The position numbers and the translations under genes are program-made. Of a stretch of DNA of 64,000 nt, positions 12,864-26,097 are shown piece by piece. Within the stretch, counting starts at the first letter, position 1. Each line of letters begins with the position of its first letter. The DNA is from Ruditapes philippinarum (lineage: Eukaryota): the NCBI RefSeq assembly GCF_026571515.1, contig NW_026851682.1:186001-250000 (forward strand), written 5' to 3'. The notes beneath the pieces are model-generated. The model was not told where the DNA came from, searched no databases, and saw only the letters and a program-made list of their open reading frames with translations.

Positions 12864-15800
12864 AGGTTTTGAATGTCAATAAACGTAAAATGATGTCTTA
12901 TTTTATGTTTTTTGAAAACTCATCGAAGAATGCTATACCAGATTTGATTTAAGTTTCAGGGGAACTTAAATTGATGAATTTATGTTTGAAATAAAATTAT
13001 GGGGCGTTACCCAATTTTAGCGCTTTTAGCGTTGAAATGGACTGTTTCATCATGAGAAAATTGCTATTGCCTCATAGGTTTATTCTAAAAGCAAACTGGG
13101 TTAAAATGAACACATTTTAAATAAATGTTTATGCGGAAAAAAGAAATTCACTTTTCGCCATTTGAAAAATAGATTTAATATATACTCAGTTGAAAAAGAA
13201 AGTGTGCACTTGGTTAATTCGAAATTCTGTATACAGACAAGAACGAAACAATTGGGTCGAGTGATGTTCCATCAAACCATTCAAGTTTTAAAAGGCAAAA
13301 GCGCATTTACAAAAACGTACACTTCTACTATTACTTTTCATCCCTCGGCTGCTTTTACGTAACCAAAGTTCTGATAATAATCAGATCTCAATTAAAAGTC
13401 AAACATCATATAATCAATATATATTTCTGCAAATGTTGATATATCAAATATGCCAAAAGTGTTCTTAAATAAGTAAAGAAAGCTTCTCTGTAACCATATG
13501 CACACTTTCTTTTGAAAGTCAGTATATGGCGTCACATGGAATCACACTTGTCTTTTCTGATTTTGCTATCGAAAGAGAAAAAGGAACCTGCACACTTTGT
13601 AACCAGCAAGAAATAGGCGATGAATTTCACTGTTTTTTTCAAATGTAGTTATTTTACTCATGAAAGTCACAAGCATATCAGTAATTACTATTCAAGGTTT
13701 CCTTGTATTTCAAATATTCAGGCGTTAATGTGTAGTGATAACAGAAATACTTTATTTAATCTAGCAATTCTTGTTAAAGAAATAATGCTTAAATTCCACT
13801 TTAGTCATCTTCCTTATTTACTTATTTACTTTTACGCCATGTTTAAAGGAGACTGCAATGATGTATTTCTTCTGCACAGAGAGCTGTAACAATGAGTTAA
13901 TGTACAGGATAATGAATTGTACATAATTAACTTATGAGAGTGGATATCTCCCGATCAGAAGTGTGAACGAGTCCCTTTAAATAGTTGAAACTGTAAATAA
14001 TTAATTAACTTTTTTTAACTTTTAAATATCACGGAAATATTTAAATTATTTTAGATATGTAATTGAAGGTCTGACCTGGAAAGAGAGAAATTGTCACAAA
14101 AGATATCATCAATGTCAAATCCATCATTCAAAAGGTCGTGTTTTTCTATTCTATGTAGTATGACCCATGACTATCGAGTACATCCGAAAACAAAACTTCT
14201 GTGTTTAAGTTGTTCCTTTTATCCCTTTGAAAACAACCCGATACTGGTGTTAACAATATAATGACATTCCATTATTTACAAATTTCAAACGACATCACAA
14301 AGTAAAAAGAGTCTTTTTTCTTCGGAGCGGGTACTAATTTATCCAACGTTTCAGAATGGGAAATGATTTACGTTTTGGAGCGGGTACATAATATTTAAGT
14401 TATTTCGGGTTTCTACTCATATATACATATCGCTTTACGCTCCACCGGCGGGAACTGTATATAACGTAAATTGGATAATAAATATTCAATAGAGTCATAA
14501 ATTATTCGCTGGAGCATGGGAAAATTAGATGTTACAGTCAGTTGCTGGGTATACCATCTCCTTTTCAATGATAAAAAACGATATTAAAAACGATACGCTT
14601 TTTAAAGATAAAAACCCCTACTTTACTGCTAAGCATTACAACATACTGCGTGATATTGACTGATGAGTATTATTCTTTTTATAAGGAAGGTGTTACTTAT
14701 ATATTCATTAAAAAATCCCCCGTCATTATTTACAGCTTAAACAGTTAACGTTTAAAATCCACTTACTGTGAAGATGATGGAATTATTATCTTTCGAAAGA
14801 CATTATTAAAAGTTTAAAAGGTCAAAACATATTATCGTAACGTGATTTTAATGAATTTTGTTAAATAAATATTTCCTCTATTTATTCCAATATATCAATT
14901 CTATATGATTATGAGATAAACAGACAACAGTTTACAAAAAGGAAGGAAANNNNNNNNNNNNNNNNNNNNNNNNNNNNNNNNNNNNNNNNNNNNNNNNNNN
15001 NNNNNNNNNNNNNNNNNNNNNNNNNNNNNNNNNNNNNNNNNNNNNNNNNNNNNNNNNNNNNNNNNNNNNNNNNNNNNNNNNNNNNNNNNNNNNNNNNNNN
15101 NNNNNNNNNNNNNNNNGTGAGCGATAAGAACGAAAAGAGCTAAACGAATGAAAAAAATATTGAAGTAGATTGAGATAACATAAAAAAAAGTCGCAAAACA
15201 GCCTTATTCATCTTTATCTCTTGATGTATAGATTATTACGAAAAATTCTAAATGGCATAATTATTTACATGTACATATATCAGACAAGATGAATTAAATC
15301 ACCTTCTTACGCTATCTTGTTCACTTGCCTATTAATTAAACAAGACTATTAATACGCGTATTAATGTAGTTCGTTGGCATTTAAGTAAACCAGAGAAAAA
15401 AGTTCCTAAGACATGTATAAAGAAGCAATTTCTTTGGAGAAAACGTTTTAATTTTCCAGAGATAATTTTTGAAATATAATTTTTAAAAACAAAAACATTA
15501 TTTTATTTTTGTAAACGCACAAATCTAAATATAAACTACAGCAGTTACTTCCTCTTACCTTAAAAAGGCGTGGTGACTTCACACAGACATATTTAGCCCT
15601 AAGGCAATGGTTCTATGAGTAAGAAGTGAAAATGTATCTATATAGTTTCTGAAATCGCCTTCCTGATTATGTTACGGAAACATTGTAAATGTCATATGAT
15701 TAAAGCTGCATGCCTATAGGTGAGCCAAAAATTTTTCAAGAAAATCCAAATTTGAAAAAAAAAATGTACAAATGCACTAAGATTTTAAGAAAAATAAAAA

Positions 15801-17421
15801 GATTTAATATTTAAGTTATATATAATTCATATGTCATATGTGATTTATCATTGATTTTGCAGTATTCACCACCATATTGCTACTACTGCGTGACTTTCGT
15901 GGTGAGGGTTTTTTCTAAATCATATCGTAATAAGAATAGCACAAAACTACGATTTTTAATTTATTTCTGAGTATATTTCTTAATTATCGAAACAATTGCA
16001 CATCTTTCTGTTTTCGTGCCTAAGCTGATCTATATATGAGATTCTAATTTTATATTTTAAGCTTTTGGACCTGAGTGGAGTCCCTTAAGCTCAAGAGTGT
16101 CTTGAAACCTATTGAACTAGCGAAAACCAAGAACATGTGTTTGAAAGATATATTGACTTCATTGCAGAATAGTTTAACACCACTTCGTTCGTTTAAAGTA
16201 AATTTGAAACCAGTTCAAACCACCGTCTTCAGGAGAAAACCAAAAATAACTAGACATAAGCTGAGTTTCTATAAGGATAGATAATTTAAACGACAGTCAA
16301 ACTGGTGAACAAAGGTCATCCAAAGGAAGGACCCAACATAACCGAAACATTATAAGTTAAAGACACTCCACTGATTTTTTTTAACATAAAGGGTTCGAGA
16401 TCTATGTTCCATTTGCTGTACGTCTTGACCAATAATGTTTGTACAAAATTTCAGATCATCTATTTTTCCAGAATAATTATTTTTATCATGAAAAATTATT
16501 GTTGCAACACTTTTCACTCAAATTAAGCTACGACTAGCACGTGCTACGATGTTCGCTATTCAATCACAACATGTGTTAAAGTTTCCCCTTAGAATGATGA
16601 ATGATTTGGTTTCACCTTGAATACGCTCCCTTCGCAGCCCAAGTTTTTTAAAAAAAGTGAGCGATGCACAGGAGAGTACGCATTGAATGAGACATAGACT
16701 GACGTTTTAAAGATCACGCAATTATATATATATAGATATATATTTTAATTTTAAGGTTGTGAATATAAATGGGTTTAACTTAACCGTGATCTGAATTTGA
16801 AAATAATTTGTAACAATTTTTTTTCTATCTTTCCTTTCTTCAAACTTCAAACTTTTATTTCCATCAAAGGTTTGCATCAAGTAAACAGCATTTTATCAGC
16901 ATTATTTAAAAAAAATTGCAGTGAATAATGGCGGCATATTTAGTAAACAAGTGACTGTATTCAAGTAAATGGAGAACGACGAACATATCCAAATAAAATT
17001 AAATAGAGGTCAAGTAAAAATACATTTATCTATCTGTAGAATAAATAAGAAGTACATAGTATCCAAAAATACTTCATACTATCTTTTGACAAAGGTGTCT
17101 CATGAAGTCACGTGGCCTAAACAATCAATATATTTCCCTTTTAAAATAACAACCTTTGTTAATAATTTCATGTAATTTTGCAAAACAATTAGAAGTTTAA
17201 TTTTTGTAATATCTTAATTCTGCAGTGCTTATTAATTTTACAAAAAAAAGATTGGTTGATATCATAAAGCTGTGTGAATTCAGTTAAAAAAAAATTAAGA
17301 AAAATAATTAATAGATAAATAAAAAAGATATTTTGTTGTTGGTTCAGATGATTGTTTGGTGTGAGTTTAGTCATATCGTAACGGTTACATCAAGTTTACT
17401 AGTGACAGCAGACATTATTAT

Positions 17422-17660
17422 TTGAGCCGCGTCACGACAAAACCAACGTAATGCGTTTGCGACCAGCATGGATCCAGATCAGTCTGCGCATCCTCGCAGT
17501 CTGATCAGGATCCATGTTGTTCGCTATCAGTTTCTCTACTTGTAATAGGGTTAGTTAGCGAACAGCATGGATCCTGATCAGACTGCGCGGATGCGCAGGC
17601 TGGTCTGGATCCATGCTGGTCGCAAACCCATTATGTTGGTTTTGTCGTGACGCGGCTCAT
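17422..17660. mobile_element. Palindromic MITE, same family
   Basis: Near-perfect inverted arms tgagccgcgtcacgacaaaacc...ggttttgtcgtgacgcggctca. Confidence 0.9.
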
Positions 17661-17765
17661 TTTAGGCACGTTAAACTCACACTTACTTCACGTCTTTATA
17701 CGAGTACTCATCGTTTGCAGTGAAATCAGAGTGATTTTAAAACATTCATTCGTTCGTTCGTTCGC

Positions 17766-17808
<43 letters not shown>

Positions 17809-18490
17809 TTCATTCACTCATTTACTTACTCACAACTATGACAACTGCTGGTGTAACTGTGAGATTATTAAATTAGGTTTTGATAACATTTACATGTATA
17901 TAGAGTAAATGCAGTTTGCTTTTTCTACCCATATTTATGTCATCTATTTTATCTAAATATGTCTGAATGGGTGTGTATTTATTTTCAAGGATGATTCAGA
18001 AGATAGGTTGCTGCGTTTTATTCATGAGAGAAAGTCGCATCAAGATTTTATGCTTTGATGTGTGAGATTATCAACTGAATATGAACAATTACCTTTTTTT
18101 ACAACCTATAAATTCACAATGAAAAAAAAAAAAGAAATTTTCCTTGACTTAATTTTTCCCATACGTTGAGGAATATTGAGTTAATGTTCAGAATTTGTGT
18201 CTAGACTAAAGAAAATGTAAACGAATTATTGGAGTAAGTTAGTTTAAACAGATCAACTGATGCTCGATTACGAAACAATTTGTTTCAACTTATGTCCACT
18301 TCCGCTTCTGTCATAAAAAGAAACACGCTCGTGATCCGAGCAAAGGTTTGAATCAACTATCCATTAATTGAGAGTCAGACACCTAAGCCACTAGATCGTT
18401 ATTAGCACATTCTAAATTACAATTCAATTCAATTCAATTAAAACGATGTTATTTGTCAGAAACAACTTTATTCAAATGATGACTTATTAT

Positions 18491-18721
18491 TTGAGCCGCG
18501 TCACGACAAAATCAACATAATGGGTTTGCGACCAGCATGGATCCAGACCAACCTGCGCAGTCTGATCAGGAACCATGCTGTTTGCTATCATTTTCTCTAC
18601 TTGTAATATAGTTTGGAAGCGGACAGCATGTATCCTGATCAGACTGCGCGGATGCACAGGCTGGTCTGGATACATGCTGGTCGCAAACCCATTATGTTGG
18701 TTTTGTCATGACGCGGCTCAT
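18491..18721. mobile_element. Palindromic MITE, same family
   Basis: Same termini and core as the other copies. Confidence 0.88.
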
Positions 18722-19956
18722 TTGATAACTAGAAACAATGGTTGCCACCCCTTAGACAACTTTAATTGAAAAAGTAAATATTGTATAGTGAATAGACTTT
18801 TTAAAGGCAGAGTATTTCATGAACACTAGTTATTTCTATATTCTTTAGAAAAAGCAAACACGGCTTAAAGAGCGTTTAAATATATACTATGCTCATCCTT
18901 GAGAAAAATATTTTTATCACAGAAATTTTCTGAAATATATTAAATTCGTTCTGCATGTGTCTAATATGAATTAAAAAATGGGTAGACTATGTACAGGAAA
19001 CTGCGTTCCCTATTACAGGTCAAAAAAAGTTGGTATTTTCTGGGAAAAAACCTGTTCTTCAGTTCTTTAGTTCTTTTTAATAACATTTATCATATTGTGA
19101 CCACCACATAGTGTGTAGAGATTTAAACATAAAATATATACTTTATGTAAAGTCAAAACATGTTTATTTTATATTTACAAAGAGACAATGTAGAAATTAT
19201 CAATATTTTCTAATTTCAAATTTGAGCATAGTATATCTTTAAGAACGTGTTTTTTTATCAACAAAAAGAAAGTAATGCTGAATGTAAAAATGTAATTGTC
19301 ATGAACGGAACAAAATGTAGAGTAAACAAAGTAGTATTTTGACTTACATACAAAATACTAAATAACTATAACCTCCCTCATTGTAAAAAAACAAAGTATG
19401 GTTCAGATTATTAGCCAATCAATAACGTTTTGGAAACTATAAAATGACACAAAGATTTTGAGGAATCAAATAAAAGCATTTCAGGAGAAGTACGTGGCTT
19501 TAAAATGAAGAGAGAAAAAATTTCTTTCACTTTTCTTTCTTTTATTTTTCGGCAGATTTTTTATTTTAAATATGGAAACGTTAGCATGGACTAAACATAT
19601 AGCTTACATAAATACAATAATTTCCATATTAACAACCAGGGGCAGTTGGTTTTTTAATTGCTACATTGCGAACAATCCCAGAGTCATCAATACACTTGAC
19701 TTTGATAAAAAAAGATTCTTAGTGTAGTTTGAACATATTGTTACTTCATCTATAAATCGTGAAAAGTCGTACATATCGTCATTTTCCGTAACTTATCTGT
19801 TTTTCAAAAGGATGTACATTAACACAACAGTTTGGAGTTTTTGCATATTTCAACGCATGAATACGGAACGGAAGCCGGTCGAAATATGCTGAAATCTTTT
19901 AGATAAGTTTTAAGATAAATGTATTTTCTTAATTTTCCAAAAAGATTGATTTGAAA

Positions 19957-22332
19957 TCACCTGTCATGCCTTCCGTTCCTAAACTGGTGTAAAACATTCA
20001 GATTTTGAAATAACTTTTCAATATCAATACGTGTTTCATTGGAACTACTTTCGTGAAAATGTGATTTTCCATTTAGGTTTCTTTTAATGCCAATATCTGG
20101 TATTTTGTTGCCTTTACCTTCATCATGGCCTTTGTGTTCTAATATGTGATGTTTATAGAAGTGTTCCGAATTCCATGATGGAAGATTCTCCGTCAGTTGT
20201 TTTTTCTTCGCAGTCCATGAATAAACAGAAGGGTACTTTTTCCTATTCTTTCCAAAATTATGCGTGTTGTCTATGAGTGTATCAGTGCTACTCCTGCTAG
20301 AGGGTATCAAAAATGAAGTGTCTTTATACTCATAACCATTCCATAACTGCCCTAAACTGTGATACGTTTGACTAGAATATAAAGTAGTCAAGCTATTCTT
20401 CTTTGAACCAATGCTTGGTTTCAAAACTGTTTCAATTGAACTTTTACTTGTTTTCTTTTTCTTTGTCAAACAAGATTTCAACTTCATTGATGTTACACCC
20501 GTAAAAACCGGCAAGAGTAAGACAGTTGTCAGCAAGGCTAAAACTAAAAGCGCCTCTTCGAAAAATGCAATAACTAGAGCTCCTGTCACTAAAGAAAACA
20601 GTGAGTAACCCCAAAGATGCCTGAAACCAGAGATAAATGGGTTTGAATTTCGAAACTCTTCTTCAACTGCCCTCTGTGGAACCCATTTAGCATTTAGAGA
20701 AACGTTTGCATGAAGCGCCCGTATAAGACGGATGCTACCAACCAACGCTTCCGGTGTGAATTGTAAAACGGAAGCTACTGATTCAATAATCACAGATTTA
20801 TAATTCTCACGATTACACACCGCAAATTTCGGAAATATCAAAATGCTAAACATGACGATGATTATAGATAAGTTAGGTTGTTTTAAATGAACACTCACGT
20901 TTATACAAATGTACAGTAATAACAAAGGCTTCATCAACATATGTCTCAATGCGGAGTGTGCTATATATGACGTCACAAAGTCTAATTTCGATTCAGTTCG
21001 GACTTTAGTCTTGTTGAATTTTGATTTCTGAAAATATTTTTGAAGCCATCTCATTGGCTTGCCAAAAGCGTTTTTCCAGAAATATGTGGCAAGGATAATT
21101 TCGCCTCTATTCCAGCGTCTTTCGCGTATACCCCATGTGACGTAATTGTGACTTGGTGCTTCCAAAAGGTACGTACTTCCGGCGTATAACGGCTTAAGGA
21201 GCGCAGCTTCGAAAGTATCATGACTAAGAACATCAACGGGTACTCTTTCGATTAAATTGTCTTCGCTTCCAATAACATGTTCGATGTACAATTTATTGTT
21301 TATCAAAGCTTTTCCAAAAAATCCAGACTGTCCGAAGAGAGCCGTCAGAGCATTAGTCAATGGTTCATAAATGGATTGCCTCATGGCCTCTAAATGCATA
21401 TATAGAGTATCATCTTTCGTGCATTTAAACTTAATTGACGGTTGTATTATTCCTTTGTCAGGATGTGCCGCAGCTATTTCAAGAAGCTTGAACACAACTC
21501 CCCTCAACACTCCTGTATCACCGTCCAGGACCAAAGTATAGTCAAACTTTCTGTTTCTAATATTCCTGACGTCATCACTATCGTGGAAGAGATTTTCACC
21601 AAAAGTCCTCGCTTGTTTTCCATAATAACTAATGTCACAGTAAGTAAATGCTTTGGAAATTCCTTCTGAAAGAAGCATTAGGTCCTGATATTGGCCGCAT
21701 TTCTTTAAAACACGACTCACTCGATGGACCACCATAAATTCTTGAGAGTACCTTTCACACAAACTTTCCAGATAACATTCTTCAAATTCATTCCCGTCAA
21801 TGTCGCAATATTCTTTCCAGACATTTTTGAAATGCATGTCGTCAATATCATCAAACCGTCTGTTGGAAAAGGCCAGTCCCTCTCTATATAACTCATCATG
21901 TATTATTTTACGGTATTTATCTCTTAGTTCTAGTTCATATTCCTTCAGTTCTTTGTCATTTGTAGCACTTACCAAAACAGCTGAAACCTTCGGACTCATA
22001 TTCCCTTTGTAAGCCATATACATTGTTTCTATGCACTCCTCGATATCATCTTTACTCGTCGCTAGCAAATTATAGTTCAAAATAAGCGAAAGATGGTCAC
22101 ATGATGCACGTTTATTTTCCCGCCTTTTTCCTCCCATTGCAAAGGTGGCCACTGTCTGAAGTGGAAATTCAAGAACAGAACCTTGAAGTATTCCAAGTAC
22201 AGCGACTATGACTGCCCCGAGCACCTTGTTAGTCTTTGTCCAGTCAATGTTAAAGCAGTTCAAAACTACGCAGAAGCTCGCCAGCAGGATCCAACCGGAA
22301 AAATATATCCGCACACGATTTGTAAGTTTCAT
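19957..22332 (-). CDS. Glucans biosynthesis glucosyltransferase H (OpgH/MdoH)-like processive GT-A glycosyltransferase, intronless, 791 aa
   Basis: Ordered motifs KKCG, YTLVLDGDT (DxD at 21517-21525), HPDKGIIQPS, DTLY, IYEPL, FGK, YIEH, RVP..VLSHDTFEAALL (21217-21225) and RERRWNRGE (21112-21120). These match recalled OpgH motifs RKSG, YMVVLDADS, NPNAGIIQSS, DTLY, VYGPL, FIEH, ILSHDFVEAALM and RDRRWCHGN. Two N-terminal and about four C-terminal hydrophobic segments. Confidence 0.88.
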   Translation of the reverse strand: MKLTNRVRIYFSGWILLASFCVVLNCFNIDWTKTNKVLGAVIVAVLGILQGSVLEFPLQTVATFAMGGKRRENKRASCDHLSLILNYNLLATSKDDIEECIETMYMAYKGNMSPKVSAVLVSATNDKELKEYELELRDKYRKIIHDELYREGLAFSNRRFDDIDDMHFKNVWKEYCDIDGNEFEECYLESLCERYSQEFMVVHRVSRVLKKCGQYQDLMLLSEGISKAFTYCDISYYGKQARTFGENLFHDSDDVRNIRNRKFDYTLVLDGDTGVLRGVVFKLLEIAAAHPDKGIIQPSIKFKCTKDDTLYMHLEAMRQSIYEPLTNALTALFGQSGFFGKALINNKLYIEHVIGSEDNLIERVPVDVLSHDTFEAALLKPLYAGSTYLLEAPSHNYVTWGIRERRWNRGEIILATYFWKNAFGKPMRWLQKYFQKSKFNKTKVRTESKLDFVTSYIAHSALRHMLMKPLLLLYICINVSVHLKQPNLSIIIVMFSILIFPKFAVCNRENYKSVIIESVASVLQFTPEALVGSIRLIRALHANVSLNAKWVPQRAVEEEFRNSNPFISGFRHLWGYSLFSLVTGALVIAFFEEALLVLALLTTVLLLPVFTGVTSMKLKSCLTKKKKTSKSSIETVLKPSIGSKKNSLTTLYSSQTYHSLGQLWNGYEYKDTSFLIPSSRSSTDTLIDNTHNFGKNRKKYPSVYSWTAKKKQLTENLPSWNSEHFYKHHILEHKGHDEGKGNKIPDIGIKRNLNGKSHFHESSSNETRIDIEKLFQNLNVLHQFRNGRHDR

Positions 22333-23762
22333 TGTAAAAGGCCGTCAGTATGATAATGTATCTCACGTGGATGGATCGATGTCATTTTAATTTCAGTTTT
22401 GACTTTCTTTTTCTAGTCCCGGTTTTAACAAGTTATATATTTTTAATTTTTATTTAATTGTCTCGTTATTAATTTAACAATGGGACTTCTTTATAACATA
22501 TTGTCAGTGTGACCATCTAGATCAACCTACTTCTTTTTTTTATATTCATATTTCAAAAGAGGACAGTTGTATTCTATTTTCATGTGATAATTAATAGAAT
22601 GATCATCGCACAAGAAAAGCGCGGACGTATTGAATTGCGTTATTAGGCAATGTGATAGTCTTAACCGATTTTTTTTTTTCAAAAAAAAAGAAAAAAAAAG
22701 AATAAAGAGTAGTCATACCTATCCAGTTTTTGACCTTATCTTTATTCAACGAAAACTTGATAATTTATGGCTAACATGCTGGAGAAAAAAAGGACTAGCA
22801 ACAAGTAGAACAGTACATTCATGGGTTATTAAAAAAGCACTTTAAGTCATATTTCAGTATGTGTGGAATTGAAAGTGTTTTACGGTTAAAATTAAAGCAT
22901 CACGCCTCCNNNNNNNNNNNNNNNNNNNNNNNNNNNNNNNNNNNNNNNNNNNNNNNNNNNNNNNNNNNNNNNNNNNNNNNNNNNNNNNNNNNNNNNNNNN
23001 NNNNNNNNNNNNNNNNNNNNNNNNNNNNNNNNNNNNNNNNNNNNNNNNNNNNNNNNNNNNNNNNNNNNNNNNNNNNNNNNNNNNNNNNNNNNNNNNNNNN
23101 NNNNNNNNNNNNNNNNNNNNNNNNNNNNNNNNNNNNNNNNNNNNNNNNNNNNNNNNNNNNNNNNNNNNNNNNNNNNNNNNNNNNNNNNNNNNNNNNNNNN
23201 NNNNNNNGATAAAATAGGTGACAATTTTTACAATTAAGTGCCTTTACCTAAGCTTAGAAATAACCAATAACTTTTAAAAATAAGCAGAAATTTCTCTTAT
23301 TCCAGTTGTAAGTTTGAATATAGAAATCAACTCAATTTATCAGGGAAAACGTAGAAGAAGGTTTTTTTTTCAAAGTTTGATTTTGAATAATTATTTATAT
23401 TATCTCATTTGAAGGCGAGTCCCCTTAAGAGTATCTTTATCGTGAGAACTTGAAGCTTTGAAAAGAAGAAATTTCTGAAAATATGATAGGCAATAAATTT
23501 GATAAAAAGGTATTTTAATTGAAAAAAAGTGTGTAAAATCTTCACGGTACTGAAATAGATCGTAACAAAATGAAAAAAGTGAAAAAAGTTAAATTGACTT
23601 ATTAATGGGTCAGAAGACCGCGAATTGATTGAAAGGTTGACATAATAAAAGAAGAGTTTCTTTATCTTGTTTTTATGTTGTTGTTGTTATTTTTTCTTTC
23701 TTGCTTTATAGTGGCGGCTAAGATTATTTATGTTTTGATCTAAATATTCGGACATTAATGTG

Positions 23763-23763
<1 letters not shown>

Positions 23764-23819
<56 letters not shown>
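23764..23819. repeat. (CAT)n microsatellite
   Basis: About 19 perfect units. Confidence 0.95.
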
Positions 23820-24053
23820 TACAGTTACAATTACCACTATTATTATTAGTTTCTACCTTAAATTTAAATATTAGTTATAAAAATATATATTGATGAATAC
23901 ATGTATATGCATTTTGTCATTTGGGAAAAAAAGAATCACCATATTTCACCATATCAAATTTTATTTCACTTTTTTACATTAACATAGGCACTGATACATG
24001 TACGTTTCATTAACAGATGTTGATTCTTTTGCATTTTCTTAGTTCAAGCTTTT

Positions 24054-26097
24054 CCAGGACTTCTGGGCTTTTTAACTTGTTAATTTGTAAGTACTGGTGG
24101 CCTATAACTGGCTAATTTGTAAGAACTGGTGGGCTTTATCTGGTTAATTTGTAAGAACTGGTGGGTTTTAACTCATTAATTTGTAAGAACTGGTGGTATA
24201 TAATTGGCTAATTTGTAAGAACTGGTGGGCTTTATCTGGTAGATTTGTAAGAACTGGTGGACTATAACTGGCTAATTGGTAAGAACTGGCGGGTTTTATC
24301 TGGTTAATTTGTAGGAACTGGTGGCCTATAACTGGCTAATTTGTAGGAACTGGTGGGCTTTATCTGGTTAATTGTAAGAACTGGTGGGTTTTAAACTTAT
24401 TTATTTGTAAGAACTGGTTGCCTATAACTGGCTTATTTGTAAGAACTGGTGGGTTTTATCAGGTTAATTTGTAAGAACTGGTGGCCTATAACTGGCTAAT
24501 TTGTAAGAACTGGTGGGCTTTATCTGGTTAATTTGTAAGAACTGGTGGGTTTTAACTCATTAATTTGTAAGAACTGGTGGCCTATAATTGGCTTATTTGT
24601 AAGAACTGGTGGGCTCTATCTGGTAGATTTGTAAGAACTGGTGGACTATAACTGGCTAATTGGTAAGAACTGGTGGGTTTTAAACTTATTAACTTGTAAG
24701 AACTGGTGGCCTATAACTAGCTAATTTGTAAGAACTGGTGGGTTTTATCAGGTTAATTTGTAAGACCTGGTGGCCTATAAGTGGCTAATTTGTAAGAACT
24801 GGTGGGCTTTATCTGGTTAATTTGTAAGAACTGGTGGGTTTTAACTCATTAATTTGTAAGAACTGGTGGCCTATAACTGGCTAATTTGTAAGAAAAGGTG
24901 GGCTTTATCTGGTAGATTTGTAAGAACTAGTGGACTATAACTGGCTAATTTGTAAGAACTGGTGGGCTTTATCTGGTTAATTTGTAAGAACTGGTGGGTT
25001 TTAACTCATTAATTTGTAAGAACTGGTGGCCTATAATTGGCTAATTTGTAAGAACTGGTGGGCTTTATCTGGTAGATTTGTAAGAACTGGTGGACTATAA
25101 CTGGCTAATTGGTAAGAACTGGTGGGTTTTATCTGGTTAATTTGTAAGAACTGGTGGCCTATAACTGGCTAATTTGTAGGAACTGGTGGGCTTTATCTGG
25201 TTAAATGTAAGAACTGGTGGGTTTTAAACTTATTTATTTGTAAGAACTGGTGGCCTATAACTGGCTAATTTGTAAGAACTGGTGGGCTTTATCTGGTTAA
25301 TTTGTAAGAACTGGTGGGTTTTAACTCATTAATTTGTAAGAACTGGTGGCCTATAATTGGCTAATTTGTAAGAACTGGTGGGCTTTATCTGGTAGATTTG
25401 TAAGAACTGGTGGACTATAACTGGCTAATTTGTAAGAACTGGTGGGTTTTATCTGGTTAATTTGAAAGAACTGGTGGTCTTTAACTGGCTAATATGTAAG
25501 AACTGGTGGGTTTTATCTGGTTAATTTGTAAGTACTGGTGGCCTCTAACTGGCTAATTTGTAAGATCTGGTGGGCTTTATCTGGTTAATTTGTAAGAACT
25601 GGTGTGTTTTAACTGATAAGTTTGTAAGTCCTGGTGGGTTTTAACTGATTAATTTGTAAGAACTGGTGGACTATAGCTGGTTAATTTGTAAGAACTGGTG
25701 GACTATAACTGGTTTATTTGTAAGAACTGGTGGACTATAAATGGTGGACTATAACTGGTTAATTTGTAAGTACTGGTGGCCTATAACTGGTTAATTTGTA
25801 AAAACTAGTGGACTATAACTGAATAATTTGTAAGTACTGGTGGACTATAACTGGTTAATTTGTAAGTACTGGTGGATTATAACTGGTTAATTTGTAAGAA
25901 CTGGTGGACTATAACTGGTTAATTTGTAAGTACTGGTGGACTATAACTGAATAATTTGTAAGAACTTGTGGACTATAACTGGTTAATTTGTAAGTACTGG
26001 TGGACTAAAACTGGTTGATTTGTAAGTACTGGTGGGCCATAACTGGTTTATTTGTAAGTACTGGTGGACTATAACTGTTTAATTGTGTTAGTACTGA
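24054..26097. repeat. 32-bp satellite array with higher-order variant pattern
   Basis: Unit aatttgtaagaactggtgggctttatctggtt, period 32, about 63 units. Confidence 0.95.

Noticed and set aside
19957-22332. Chitin, cellulose or hyaluronan synthase, or bacterial contamination
   Set aside because: Lacks EDR/TED and QxxRW signatures, has no operon neighbours such as opgG, and is contiguous with host MITEs and microsatellites.
138-22332. Functional link between the glycosyltransferase and glycosylation of the neighbouring TSR protein
   Set aside because: TSR glycosylation uses POFUT2, B3GLCT and DPY19, which are unrelated families; adjacency alone is not evidence.
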